IMG/VR virus record: IMGVR_UViG_3300018050_001813 | Span: 1-64,000 of that record | Source of the DNA: an uncultured virus (IMG/VR IMGVR_UViG_3300018050_001813) | Lineage: Duplodnaviria > Heunggongvirae > Uroviricota > Caudoviricetes | Reading direction: 5' to 3' (one strand) | DNA length: 64,000 nucleotides | Shown: piece after piece, positions 50,895-60,737 of the stretch | Position numbering within the stretch: the first letter of the stretch is position 1 | Layout of the letters: each line of letters begins with the position of its first letter | Notes under the pieces: generated by a model | The model's input: only the letters and a program-made list of their open reading frames with translations | Databases searched by the model: none | Told to the model about the DNA's origin: nothing | Program-made: the position numbers and the translations under genes

Positions 50895-51410
50895 TCAGAA
50901 ATCAGGGTTAGGGCAAAAATATAAAACAGCTGATGCAACAATTGCGCGTTGAAGTGCAGCGTCTTCGTTGTCAATTGCGCCTTCGTTAATGCGCTCTTCG
51001 ACATCGGAAGATTTCATTCCAAGATTAATTGCATCGCACCAGAGTAGTCCGTATCCGACAATGTCTTGATCAGATAATGGAATAAAGGCACTGCCGTAAA
51101 TTTGTTTAGTTTTTGCGAGAAAATAAATTTGAAGATCTTTTTGAGAAATACCTATTGGTAAATCATCTAGAGATGGAATTGAAGTGGTAGTTGAATTAGA
51201 AGTTGAACTACTTAAAGGTGAAAGTTGAGTAGTTGAAGGAGAAGAAGTTACAACTGCATCTACAGAAGTATAAATTAATAAAGTAATTATTAAAACTAAT
51301 GTAGCTGCACTGGACAGTAAAATAGGTGTAATATATTTTTTCAAAAGTTTATCCTTAAAGAGCTTTATTAGTATTTTGTTGATTGACAAAATCTCTAGCG
51401 CGATTAACAT
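50895..51410 (-). CDS. DUF732-like secreted protein
   Basis: TM/signal, Ser/Thr stalk, GLLWCDAINLGM...SAVLYFCP; start uncertain. Confidence 0.65.
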   Translation of the reverse strand: MLIALEILSINKILIKLFKDKLLKKYITPILLSSAATLVLIITLLIYTSVDAVVTSSPSTTQLSPLSSSTSNSTTTSIPSLDDLPIGISQKDLQIYFLAKTKQIYGSAFIPLSDQDIVGYGLLWCDAINLGMKSSDVEERINEGAIDNEDAALQRAIVASAVLYFCPNPDF

Positions 51411-51783
51411 ATTTTAATGCAGTATCTATAAGATTTCCAGAAGGATCATCTTGGATAAATAATTCTGTCTCATCTTTTACCTGCATACAGGTTACAAAAT
51501 TTTCACCTTCAAGATGAATACAAACTCTTACTCTCTTCTTTTCTGGATGTTTTGAAGGAGTATGTGAATCATCTATTGGGAAAGCCCAACCATGAGTGAC
51601 AAGGATTGCTCTTTTTAAATATCCATAAGCAGCAAACGAAATCATTAACTCATAAGCATCTTCAGATTCTTCTATTGATTCCCAATTGTTTCCATTTAAC
51701 ACCCAAAGACTAGAAGAACTATTCCAATCATTAGTAGTCTCATAGTCTTTTTGGAATTTATTAAATAAAACTTCATAGGACAT
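51355..51783 (-). CDS. Hypothetical protein
   Basis: GWAFP...PSKHPEKKRVR; GGAG RBS. Confidence 0.6.
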   Translation of the reverse strand: MSYEVLFNKFQKDYETTNDWNSSSSLWVLNGNNWESIEESEDAYELMISFAAYGYLKRAILVTHGWAFPIDDSHTPSKHPEKKRVRVCIHLEGENFVTCMQVKDETELFIQDDPSGNLIDTALKYVNRARDFVNQQNTNKAL

Positions 51784-51803
51784 AAATTCTCCAATAGAAT
51801 ATT

Positions 51804-52220
51804 TTAGGAAACAGGATAATTAAGAGATATATACTCCGCATTTTGTATGTGCTGTCTACACAAAACAGTGGTAGAAGCTATAGCTATAGCAAACTGAAGT
51901 TGACGATCAGGTCCGTTAGTTCCAGATTCATTTATACGTTCAACTATATCTACATCTGTCATTCCTTCGTCCATTAAAGTACAAAGAAGATATCCAGTTT
52001 CTAATGCAGTTTGCTTGTATGTTTCAGAAACAAATCCATAATAATATTCAACATCATCAAAGAAAGCATACTCTAAAGGAGTATAAGTGATTTCTTCAGC
52101 AGGGAGATTCTGTTGGGTGAATGATGTTGAGGATTGAAGGATAGTTGCTCCCTCCTCGCTGCTTGCCCCCGACGAGCAACCAACGAGGAAGAGAGCTATA
52201 ACAAAAAAAGTTAAACGCAT
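51804..52220 (-). CDS. DUF732-like lipoprotein
   Basis: Lipobox LVGC; ETGYLLCTLMDEGMT...ASTTVLC. Confidence 0.65.
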   Translation of the reverse strand: MRLTFFVIALFLVGCSSGASSEEGATILQSSTSFTQQNLPAEEITYTPLEYAFFDDVEYYYGFVSETYKQTALETGYLLCTLMDEGMTDVDIVERINESGTNGPDRQLQFAIAIASTTVLCRQHIQNAEYISLNYPVS

Positions 52221-52636
52221 CAGAGTCCATCAAATTTATAAACTTGACTGGGACAAAAGTTTGCTACTGCAGATAAAGCTACTAACTGAACAAACTCAAG
52301 GTCTCCACCAGCGTTTTCGATAGCCCATACCACTTCTTGTCCAGTCATTCCATCAAGAAGGTAGTCGCAAACAATTCTACCAGTCTCAATCATTTGAGAA
52401 CGAGTAACATAGATTGTTCTGGGGTAGTTACTTTCAATGTCGTAGATGAACTCATCTTCTTCTGTCCACGGAGCTTGAGTGGTAGGAGCGGGAGTTGCAA
52501 CTGGTGCATCTGTAGTCTTAACAACAGTTTTTTCAGGACTGTTTGGTACTTCGGTATCTGTAACGTATACAGTCTTAGTGCCACCACATGCTGTTAATGC
52601 AATAAGTGCACATGCGCCAATAATAATCTTTTTCAT
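52220..52636 (-). CDS. DUF732-like lipoprotein
   Basis: Lipobox LTAC; ETGRIVCDYLLDGMT...SAVANFCP. Confidence 0.7.
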   Translation of the reverse strand: MKKIIIGACALIALTACGGTKTVYVTDTEVPNSPEKTVVKTTDAPVATPAPTTQAPWTEEDEFIYDIESNYPRTIYVTRSQMIETGRIVCDYLLDGMTGQEVVWAIENAGGDLEFVQLVALSAVANFCPSQVYKFDGL

Positions 52637-52752
52637 TTTTATTTTATCCTTTCAGAATAAAGTAGTAGTCGTGTTGGAGATATGGGTCCACCAACATTAT
52701 ACACGATTTTTTCGTTCCCCCCAAATGATTTGAGGACGTTGGCTACTACTAG

Positions 52753-52824
52753 AGCCGGATCTCAGGATTGAACTGAGGACCTACGCATTACAAGTGCGTT
52801 GCTCTACCACTGAGCTAATCCGGC
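52753..52824 (-). tRNA. tRNA-Thr(TGT)
   Basis: Reverse complement GCCGGATTAGCTCAGTGGTAGAGCAACGCA-CTTGTAA-TGCGTAGGTCCTCAGTTCAATCCTGAGATCCGGCT. Confidence 0.95.
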
Positions 52825-53252
52825 TAGGAGCTTATTTATCATCTTGTTGCTTATTGTCAGTATTGTCGGGAGAAACCTTCGGTGAAGGGGTAGATGGCTT
52901 CTTATGGCCTTTAAATACTTTTCTAAATTTTGCAAGTGACATATAATCTCCTAAAGTTTAGCTATTACAAAAATACTGCAGGTATTCTATCCTACGTACT
53001 TCGCAACCGCTTTTCCGTAATATATAAAAGACTTTACGTATTAAGTAATAGCAAGGAAATATTGTTAAAGTCTTTCGGACACTATTGATTAATCTTCTTA
53101 AAAAGAAGAAAAATCTCAGACGTACTCGCACGTTGAATATTTCCAAAATGAAGGATGCTGTTATAACGCGAGCGCCCCGTAGTAGGCTCAACAGACAATA
53201 GTAGTTGTTTTTACTTGCGCTCTTATTTTTTGGGTATTATAACAGCATCCAG

Positions 53253-53326
53253 TGGGACGAGCAGGAATTGAACCCGCGACCCGGGGATTATGAGTCCCAT
53301 GCTCTAACCAACTGAGCTATCGTCCC
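53253..53326 (-). tRNA. tRNA-CAT (elongator Met or Ile2)
   Basis: Reverse complement GGGACGATAGCTCAGTTGGTTAGAGCATGGGA-CTCATAA-TCCCCGGGTCGCGGGTTCAATTCCTGCTCGTCCCA; G1-C72 paired, so not an initiator. Confidence 0.9.
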
Positions 53327-54041
53327 ATATCGTCTCTCCGACTGTCACGCCTTCATAGGGGCACTTCGCTTGACGTTTAGCTACTGCATGGAGGACACGC
53401 AAACCGAAACCTCTCCCCAAGATACAAGATAGATTTTATGTCTCTGCATGAGATTAATCTATATAAATCAAAGTCCTTGTAGCATGTCTGCAAAATGCTC
53501 TGTCTGAGTTTTAAAAACCTGTATTTCAGAATTAATAAATTCTTTAATTTCAGAAGAAAGATTATCAAGAGCAGAACAAATGTTATCAGCCATAATGCGA
53601 ATCTGAACAAGTTGCTCTTTTTCTTGGTCGCTAATAAATAACATTGAATGAGTCATGTCGGAATTCTCCCGGTTAAAACTTTGTAGGTACGTAGAGTTAA
53701 GTCATCAATAATTAAATATTCAGAGCCTTCTTCAAGTTCATCAGAGTGAACTCCGACATAAAGCATATCTCGTAAGGCTTGATCTATAACATCAACGGCT
53801 TGAAAATCATTTTGAAGCTCACCAGGAATCTGCACGATAAGCTCAATATTTACTTTAACTTTCATACGTTTAAATCCTTTGAAGATTCTTGATCAATCAT
53901 GATACGTAAACGAATATCTAATAATAGATCTGTCATTTCTTCTGTAGATACAAGTTTTCTACCAGAAATATCATTGATAGCTTTGTCAACTAAATTAGTA
54001 ATTTGCTGAATGGTTTCAGTTTGCATATTGATAATCCTTAG

Positions 54042-54437
54042 TTAACGTTTTGGAAACATATTAGAAACAAGACGAGCTCTGTAATTTAGAGCTTCAGAAA
54101 GAAGATCCTCAGGAAGGACTTCTTCTTTCTTGTCATTAATAGTGGAACACAACCAACGTAAAGCGTCAATGCAGTCAGTTAAGTAAGGATCTTCAACGCG
54201 GTCAGAATTAATATAATGCTTAACATAATAAGAAAGATTATTCATTCTCATGGTATACATGTTTGCAAGTATCTTAATCATAAGATCGCCGAAAGCATGA
54301 GTATACTGTAAAAGCTCTTCGTTGTTTTCAAGATATTCTTGAATATTTAATTCTTGTGAATTAGATTCAGAATTATATTCTTCGTTGATAATTAGTTGAA
54401 GAAAAGGTTTATTAGAGTCTTCGTTATGAGTGTTCAT
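54042..54437 (-). CDS. Hypothetical protein
   Basis: AAGGA RBS; 131 aa. Confidence 0.6.
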   Translation of the reverse strand: MNTHNEDSNKPFLQLIINEEYNSESNSQELNIQEYLENNEELLQYTHAFGDLMIKILANMYTMRMNNLSYYVKHYINSDRVEDPYLTDCIDALRWLCSTINDKKEEVLPEDLLSEALNYRARLVSNMFPKR

Positions 54438-54643
54438 AAAATTCCTTAGAAGAATTAGTTAGGATTCTTGATACCATTCAGAAGCAAGTTCAATTGCTGG
54501 AGCATAGTTGTCCCAAGTATCATCGTCACCGGATTGAATTCCATGTGGAACTAATCCTTGTGAACAAAGATAATTGAAAGCTTCTTTAATAAGATCAAGT
54601 TGTTTATCTTGTGGCAGATCAATAAATTCTTTATTAGACATAG

Positions 54644-54716
54644 TGCCCCCTGCAGGGTTCGAACCTGCGACCAATGGATTAAAAGTCCACTGCTCTACCA
54701 ACTGAGCTAAAAGGGC
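54644..54716 (-). tRNA. tRNA-Lys(TTT)
   Basis: Reverse complement GCCCTTTTAGCTCAGTTGGTAGAGCAGTGGA-CTTTTAA-TCCATTGGTCGCAGGTTCGAACCCTGCAGGGGGCA. Confidence 0.95.
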
Positions 54717-54761
54717 AAGGCGGGCAGCGAAGCCAGAAAGGAGTAGAACTTCGCCGCCCTG

Positions 54762-54834
54762 TGGGCCTGGTGGGTTTCGAACCCACACTGGAAGGATTTT
54801 AAGTCCTCTGCCTCTGCCGTTGGGCTACAGGCCC
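54762..54834 (-). tRNA. tRNA-Leu(TAA), short variable arm
   Basis: Reverse complement GGGCCTGTAGCCCAACGGCAGAGGCAGAGGA-CTTAAAA-TCCTTCCAGTGTGGGTTCGAAACCCACCAGGCCCA. Confidence 0.9.
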
Positions 54835-55714
54835 GAGACCCTTGAAACCATTAAATTATTCTTCGTAAGAAGGAAACGAAGCGGGATCAGTAAGAATATT
54901 ATGAATACCAGTATACCAAGTGATAATATTATCTAGCTTTTCAGAGTCAATATTTTCATGATCTGGCATTGAGAGAACACTGTCGGAAACAATGATCTTA
55001 GTGAACTTTAGAAGTTCTATGGTGTTTTTGATATTGTTGATGTCTTCAATTTCGGAACCAATGATTACTGAAAGTGACATGATGTTTTTTCCTTATTGTT
55101 ATTTTGTTTTGATATCCCCCTCTCTTGTCTTTGAATATACTAATTGATATTTTTATCTTGGCGAATTTGGCTAAGAAGATTGGCAGTTAGACAATCAAGA
55201 CAAAGATTTTTTTTAAATCTATTAGAATGATAAACATCCTTACTTTTCAAAGAACAATCAGAACATTTAAGAGATTTGTTAAATGTCCTTGATGTATTCT
55301 GAGGAGTTTTCATATATTTTTGTTACCTGCTCAACTATGTGATATGGAATAGAATGAAAGTGTTCATCGTGCATACTTGTTTTATAATTGTAAGAACCAA
55401 AGATAAGAACATCTCCATAAACAGCATCGGTAACAGTTGCGCCAAAGTATGTAGAGAAAGAATGTCTTAACAACTGTGTTGCAACATGATTAGCATAGAA
55501 TATAGAATATTGCAAAAGAGGATCAAAACAGATTAAGAAATCTGGATGTGGATGAATTATTTTGATCTCATTAGTAGAAAATACATATGATATAGCATTT
55601 TCATATGTGTCATGTATGACTGTAGGAGTGCGGTTTATAGATGGAGATATATGTAATGATTTTATTTTTCCAGAACTATCATAAAGCTCTGGAGAAATAA
55701 TAGGATGATAATTG

Positions 55715-56134
55715 TTATAGAGCACAAGAATCACATAGAGTTTTGCGCCAAAAAGAATTAGTAAGTTTTCCTAATTGCCCACAGTTTTCACAGATAGAAA
55801 AAGATTGGGATTCGGCATGGTTGATAAGCACTTCAATAATATGACGTGCGGTATCTTGACCTTGATGAATGGATAGATCTACATAGTATCTTAATCCACC
55901 GAATTTTTCTTTGACTTGAGCAATCTTATAATGAGGATCAATATAAGATATGTCTGTGTTAAGCTGGGCAATAAGATGGATCCAACCTGGACCTACATCT
56001 AGATGTGTAGGAAAGTTAGGATTAAATCTTGATAGTAAATCAAGAATAGAAGGAGTGTTTAAAAGAACTTGTTGACGCAAGGTAGTAGAGTTAATTTTAG
56101 ATAAATAAGACTGCCAATATTCTTCGTTAGTCAC
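55715..56134 (-). CDS. Conserved phage hypothetical protein
   Basis: GPGW..LI...QVKEKFGGLRYY...S..ICE.CG..G...W.KTLC pattern. Confidence 0.75.
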   Translation of the reverse strand: MTNEEYWQSYLSKINSTTLRQQVLLNTPSILDLLSRFNPNFPTHLDVGPGWIHLIAQLNTDISYIDPHYKIAQVKEKFGGLRYYVDLSIHQGQDTARHIIEVLINHAESQSFSICENCGQLGKLTNSFWRKTLCDSCAL

Positions 56135-56606
56135 TATTGGTGTCCTTCCATGTAATCATGTCAGTATAAAATGATGAGCCTATTTCATCGTTTGTAGTAA
56201 AAACAACTCTTGATATTCCGGCATCGACAATCTCTTGCATACACCATGAACATGGTCTAGCTAAAGCAGGAATATCTTTTGAACGTAGACGAGCAACATA
56301 GAGAGTTGCTCCTCGTACGTTACGGGTGTTTTTAAGAACGCGAACTTCGGCATGTGTGCTCACTCTATTAGGAGGTGTACTAGGAGATATTTTTGGCATG
56401 TTTACATCAGCGCCAAGAACTCTACCTGATTTGACAACCATTGCTGCAATACGAAAACGATATTGAGAAGTAGTAGCGATCTTAGCTGTAGCTGATAAAA
56501 AAGAAACATCATTATTGCTAAGAGTATCTTGAACAAAAATATAATCAGTATAAGGATTATTGACTTGACGAGAATAGTAATTAGTAAACCTTGACATGTG
56601 TTCCAT
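56127..56606 (-). CDS. Cytidine/dCMP deaminase-family protein
   Basis: HAE and RPCSWC zinc motifs; GATLYVAR; GISRVVF. Confidence 0.85.
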   Translation of the reverse strand: MEHMSRFTNYYSRQVNNPYTDYIFVQDTLSNNDVSFLSATAKIATTSQYRFRIAAMVVKSGRVLGADVNMPKISPSTPPNRVSTHAEVRVLKNTRNVRGATLYVARLRSKDIPALARPCSWCMQEIVDAGISRVVFTTNDEIGSSFYTDMITWKDTNSD

Positions 56607-56615
56607 TATATCAGA

Positions 56616-58289
56616 TTACCACTTAGATCGTGAATATTTAATTTTGTTATCCAACCAAGCTGGTCTTGGATTGGCTTCATAATATTTAGAAATGATTTGA
56701 CTAGCAGTTCCTTTAGTCATATCAGAAGTAACGGGAACACCAATTCTTTTAAGAAGTTTTTTCTGTGCGTCAGTTGGACCATCAGATCGCCAAGCTGCAT
56801 CAGAATCAATAAGCTTTGTATCAAATCTTTTCATGATCCATTTGTCGCTACGAACAAAAGCATCTCGCATATCTTCAGGATAACCTAAGAATGTAGTTTT
56901 TAATCCTTCAGATGTACGATGCCTATGTTCAACGGTCCATCTTCCTAAAGTATCAACATATATTCTAAGAGAATTATTATTATCTATACCAAGATGATAA
57001 TCATTTTCTGCTACTTCAGCCCAAACAAAACGAGAATATTGTTGAACAAATTCGTTTGGTGGGGGCGGCATAAAAAGATTAATACGCTTATAAGCTAGTT
57101 CTATATCATCAGGTGCTAATACCCTAACGGCTTCACCAGGACAATAATCTTCGAGCTCTTTATATTTATTCGCTACGTCTGTTAATGATTGGCCTTGTAA
57201 ATCGAATTCTGGGGGTAGGCCGAGAAGAGATGGAAGGCCAATAGGTTTGCGACCCTTTGTGGTGTCGGCAAAATCTAAAATGGTGCAATGAGGTTTTCCT
57301 TCATATAGTCTTGTGCCTCTACCAACAATTTGCGTATATAAGAGAGTAGATCTAGTAGGTCTAGCAAGTAAAATTGCTTCTACGGATGGTTCGTCGAATC
57401 CTTCCGTAAGAACTCCAACATTGATGAGGACTCGCGTTTCACCGCTAGCAAAACGCGCCAGAATATCTCTACGATCATCTGTACTAGAAACACCTAATAT
57501 TACCTCATTTGTTATTTGCGCTTGCCCAAAGGATAGGGCCAGGTTTTGGGCATGTCTGACTCCGGCAGCGAAAACAAGGGCTTTCGCATTAGGGACCAGA
57601 TCATTATAAGCAGCAACAATGGTAGCATTGCGCTGAGGATTATCAATAACATCTTCAAGTTGTGATTGGTTGTAGTCTCCATCATTTGTTTCTACTCCTG
57701 AAATATCTGTGTCTGTTTTAATCCTATATCCTACCAGAGGAGATAGATATCCGTCTTGTATAAGATCTTGAATTGTTTTATAATATACTATTTCTTGAAA
57801 AACATCAGTAAGACGAACACTGTCACTACGTTGTGGAGTAGCTGTTACTCCAAGTAGAAACGACGGATTGAAGTAATCCAGGATACGACGATACGTAGGA
57901 GCCGCTGCATGATGTGCCTCATCTATAACTATGCTATTAAAGTAGTCAGGTGGATACTTTTGTATTCGAGTTGATTGAGCTCTACCAAGAGTTGGAACAC
58001 TAGCTACAACAACATCTACATGTCCAGCATGGTTTTCGCCTTGTTCAATTTCTACAGTTAAATCAGGATTAGACCAAGATATTTTTTCTTTTGCCTGATG
58101 AAGAAGTTCTTCTCTGTGAGCTAGAACAAGCATAGGTAGGCTTTTTTGTTTGAACTGTGGAAGGTGGGAAAAGATAACAGTTTTCCCTGCACCAGTAGGG
58201 AGGACAACAAGTTGACGGACTATACCCTTTTCAGAAAAAGATACAACAGAATCTAAAGCTTCTTGTTGGTATGGTCTGAGTTGCAACAT
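56616..58289 (-). CDS. SF2 DEAD/DEAH-box helicase (ResIII/Irc3-like)
   Basis: LRPYQ, LPTGAGKT, IDEAHH, TATP, LTEGFD, QIVGRGTR. Confidence 0.93.
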   Translation of the reverse strand: MLQLRPYQQEALDSVVSFSEKGIVRQLVVLPTGAGKTVIFSHLPQFKQKSLPMLVLAHREELLHQAKEKISWSNPDLTVEIEQGENHAGHVDVVVASVPTLGRAQSTRIQKYPPDYFNSIVIDEAHHAAAPTYRRILDYFNPSFLLGVTATPQRSDSVRLTDVFQEIVYYKTIQDLIQDGYLSPLVGYRIKTDTDISGVETNDGDYNQSQLEDVIDNPQRNATIVAAYNDLVPNAKALVFAAGVRHAQNLALSFGQAQITNEVILGVSSTDDRRDILARFASGETRVLINVGVLTEGFDEPSVEAILLARPTRSTLLYTQIVGRGTRLYEGKPHCTILDFADTTKGRKPIGLPSLLGLPPEFDLQGQSLTDVANKYKELEDYCPGEAVRVLAPDDIELAYKRINLFMPPPPNEFVQQYSRFVWAEVAENDYHLGIDNNNSLRIYVDTLGRWTVEHRHRTSEGLKTTFLGYPEDMRDAFVRSDKWIMKRFDTKLIDSDAAWRSDGPTDAQKKLLKRIGVPVTSDMTKGTASQIISKYYEANPRPAWLDNKIKYSRSKW

Positions 58290-58493
58290 GATGTCCCCCC
58301 TAACGGTTTAGTTGAATTCAAGTTCTGTTAAATAATATTCAGAGTCCATAAGGCGTCTGATGTTTTGCTCAAACTCCTCATCTGACATAACATATGATTT
58401 TACCATATGGGGAGTTTGATATTTGTTTGCGCTACAGTTGGTAACGGCAATGTATTTAATTTCTTTGTCTTGCATTATTATTCATTTTCTATG

Positions 58494-59090
58494 TTACTGA
58501 TGAATTGCACTATAATATGCAATTTTAAGGGAATCAAATATCTGAAGCGAAGCTCCAGAATAACTAAGATACGAAAGACATTCGTGAACAGTATATGGCG
58601 AGGAATCTAAGTGAGTGAACATAAAAAAAAGATTAATCATATCTTTTGTAGGACCTTCAAAGTTTGTGTCAAGAAGGTTCTGAGTAGTAAAATGATCAGA
58701 GTGCCAAGTGATAGTTTTATCTTGATTTTTTGTATATGGAAGCTGAATTATATATCCTCGGTATTCTGAAATAAGAAAAAGTTGTAGACAATCAATTTCT
58801 TGATTATCAGAATTTTTAATAATAGAATCCAAGGAAATTAAAGCACAGCTAGAATCTAAACAAGGATAAAGATAAAGTGCTTCAGCGAGCTTAGATAAAG
58901 TATTGGAAAAAGACTGCTGAGGAGCAGGAGTGACAACTACTTGACGAGTTTTTTCATTCTTAAAAAATGTTATCATAGGATGGTATTTAGCATCACGAGA
59001 TGCTGTATCCATCAAAACATTTTGAAGAATATTAATTTCTTCATCAATAATTGCACATTCTTCTTTAATTTTTTCTAGATCGTATGTCAT
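58494..59090 (-). CDS. Hypothetical protein
   Basis: 198-aa ORF with RBS. Confidence 0.6.
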   Translation of the reverse strand: MTYDLEKIKEECAIIDEEINILQNVLMDTASRDAKYHPMITFFKNEKTRQVVVTPAPQQSFSNTLSKLAEALYLYPCLDSSCALISLDSIIKNSDNQEIDCLQLFLISEYRGYIIQLPYTKNQDKTITWHSDHFTTQNLLDTNFEGPTKDMINLFFMFTHLDSSPYTVHECLSYLSYSGASLQIFDSLKIAYYSAIHQ

Positions 59091-59097
59091 ATCTGTC

Positions 59098-59424
59098 CTA
59101 TAAAAGAACCATTATAGCACTAAAAAGTGCGTAGGTTCCATAAAGATAAAGGAATAAAGCGGAGAAGAAAACAAAAGAACTGGAAGCTGTCAACATAATG
59201 ATAGAGAACAATACTGTTTCTACAGCCCAATAGCTGATTAGTGAAGCAGCTTTTGTTTCGTCTTTACGAAAAAAGGCAATAGACTTTCCAAGAGCTTTAC
59301 CAAGCTTATGAAAGATGTTTTTATTTTTCTTAGCAGGGACAGCTAAAGCATAGGTATACGTATAAGCGTTTCCGGTAGCAATAGTTGGATTATGCATTTG
59401 AACAAGAGCATTAATAGTATTCAT
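59098..59424 (-). CDS. Membrane protein
   Basis: C-terminal hydrophobic helices. Confidence 0.6.
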   Translation of the reverse strand: MNTINALVQMHNPTIATGNAYTYTYALAVPAKKNKNIFHKLGKALGKSIAFFRKDETKAASLISYWAVETVLFSIIMLTASSSFVFFSALFLYLYGTYALFSAIMVLL

Positions 59425-59583
59425 AAAACTTCCTTTCGTTTTTGAATAATTATTTCATTTTGAGGAAGCCATCCAAACCAATTTGTCTTGAGACTTTTTA
59501 GAAGAATAGATCCCTGCCGATTTGAATTCTCAATGAATTCAAAATCAGGACCAGCTTCATTGATACGGTTTCGTGTACGACCA

Positions 59584-60048
59584 CTAGCTGTCTGTGGATT
59601 TTTCTTGATTGTTAAAATTATCATTAATAATATTCCTAAAAGTTTTATCTCTTTCGCGATTCTGTTTAATGACATCAACGATCTGCTGAGCGAGCTCTTC
59701 AAGATCGTCTTTAAGATCTTCAGGAACTTCATGATCTTGTTCATAGATGTCAATATGCTCCTGAAGTTGTTCAGGAGTCATTTGAAGAGTTTCGGCATAT
59801 TCATTAATATAATTTCCGATAAGAGTATAATGATAAATATCTTCATCAGACAAACCAGTTTCTCTTTGAAGATGTTCATGAGCAGCATGAACTGGTCTTA
59901 CTTTAAGAAAAGCTTCAGTAGTACTATCAGTAATTTGATTCATATAATAGATGAACAAATCCTGTTTACGACGGAAAAGCCACAGGCACTTCAATGCATG
60001 AAATTTGTCTGGATGAAAATTATCAGGAGTGTAATCATTAATATTCAT
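59584..60048 (-). CDS. Acidic hypothetical protein
   Basis: 154-aa ORF coupled to the upstream gene. Confidence 0.6.
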   Translation of the reverse strand: MNINDYTPDNFHPDKFHALKCLWLFRRKQDLFIYYMNQITDSTTEAFLKVRPVHAAHEHLQRETGLSDEDIYHYTLIGNYINEYAETLQMTPEQLQEHIDIYEQDHEVPEDLKDDLEELAQQIVDVIKQNRERDKTFRNIINDNFNNQEKSTDS

Positions 60049-60049
60049 T

Positions 60050-60658
60050 TTAATATCCTGCGACTTTATAATCGAGTTGCTCTTCTGTCAGATTTCCGTT
60101 GGCACGATTTTCCATAAATTTGTCGTAGTCATCACGAGTATTTTTGGAGATCTGCCAAACATTAATGCCCCAACGATCTGGATGAGCATTCTCTACCCAG
60201 TGAGGATTTTTAGTATTAAACATAAAAACCTCTCCGCCTGTTAAATCATAACGCCCTACGGGCACTGATTCATGAAGGCCGGGTTGCCAAAAATATTGGT
60301 CATTAGAACGCTCATAGTACCAAGTAACTTTACCAAGATTGATAGACATACCTCGGTAATCAGCGTAACGCGCATCACGATGACGCCTAATATTGCCACC
60401 CTTAGTGACAAGAACTGCTTCAGGAGTAAATCCTGGAGGAGAAATAAGACGAATATAATTCATAATTCTTTCGTCTTCAAATCCTACGTGCCAAGTAGCA
60501 GAAGATGTAAGGGGTGGTGCAGTTTGGATCCAAAGCTGACGACGACCCTTAGCAGCTCCTTGGCTATTAATGATCATGTGAGGTAGGATAGTTTCGTTAA
60601 GATAATCAACAATAGATTTTTGATTATCTGCAGAAATTGTTTTAATATACTCTTCCAT
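60050..60658 (-). CDS. 2OG-Fe(II) oxygenase-like (AlkB-type fold) protein
   Basis: IRRHRD...INLG...NPHWV...DRWGINVW (HxD...H...R); likely start MEEYIK at 60658 with GGAGA RBS. Confidence 0.6.
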   Translation of the reverse strand: MEEYIKTISADNQKSIVDYLNETILPHMIINSQGAAKGRRQLWIQTAPPLTSSATWHVGFEDERIMNYIRLISPPGFTPEAVLVTKGGNIRRHRDARYADYRGMSINLGKVTWYYERSNDQYFWQPGLHESVPVGRYDLTGGEVFMFNTKNPHWVENAHPDRWGINVWQISKNTRDDYDKFMENRANGNLTEEQLDYKVAGY

Positions 60659-60737
60659 AATATATATTTCTCCCAAATAAAATAAAAGGTTCAGATTTTT
60701 GTATGAACTATTATTTTTTAAAAACACTTAATCTTCA

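Noticed and set aside
53253..53326. Initiator tRNA-fMet
   Set aside because: G1-C72 is paired and the anticodon stem lacks three G-C pairs at positions 29-31
54459..54788. 109-aa ORF as listed in the track
   Set aside because: Its 5' half runs through tRNA-Leu and tRNA-Lys; the real gene probably starts at MSNKEF (54641)
59488..60117. 209-aa + strand ORF, and similar + strand ORFs across 27-64 kb
   Set aside because: Antisense to well-packed minus-strand genes that have RBSs; no recognisable motifs
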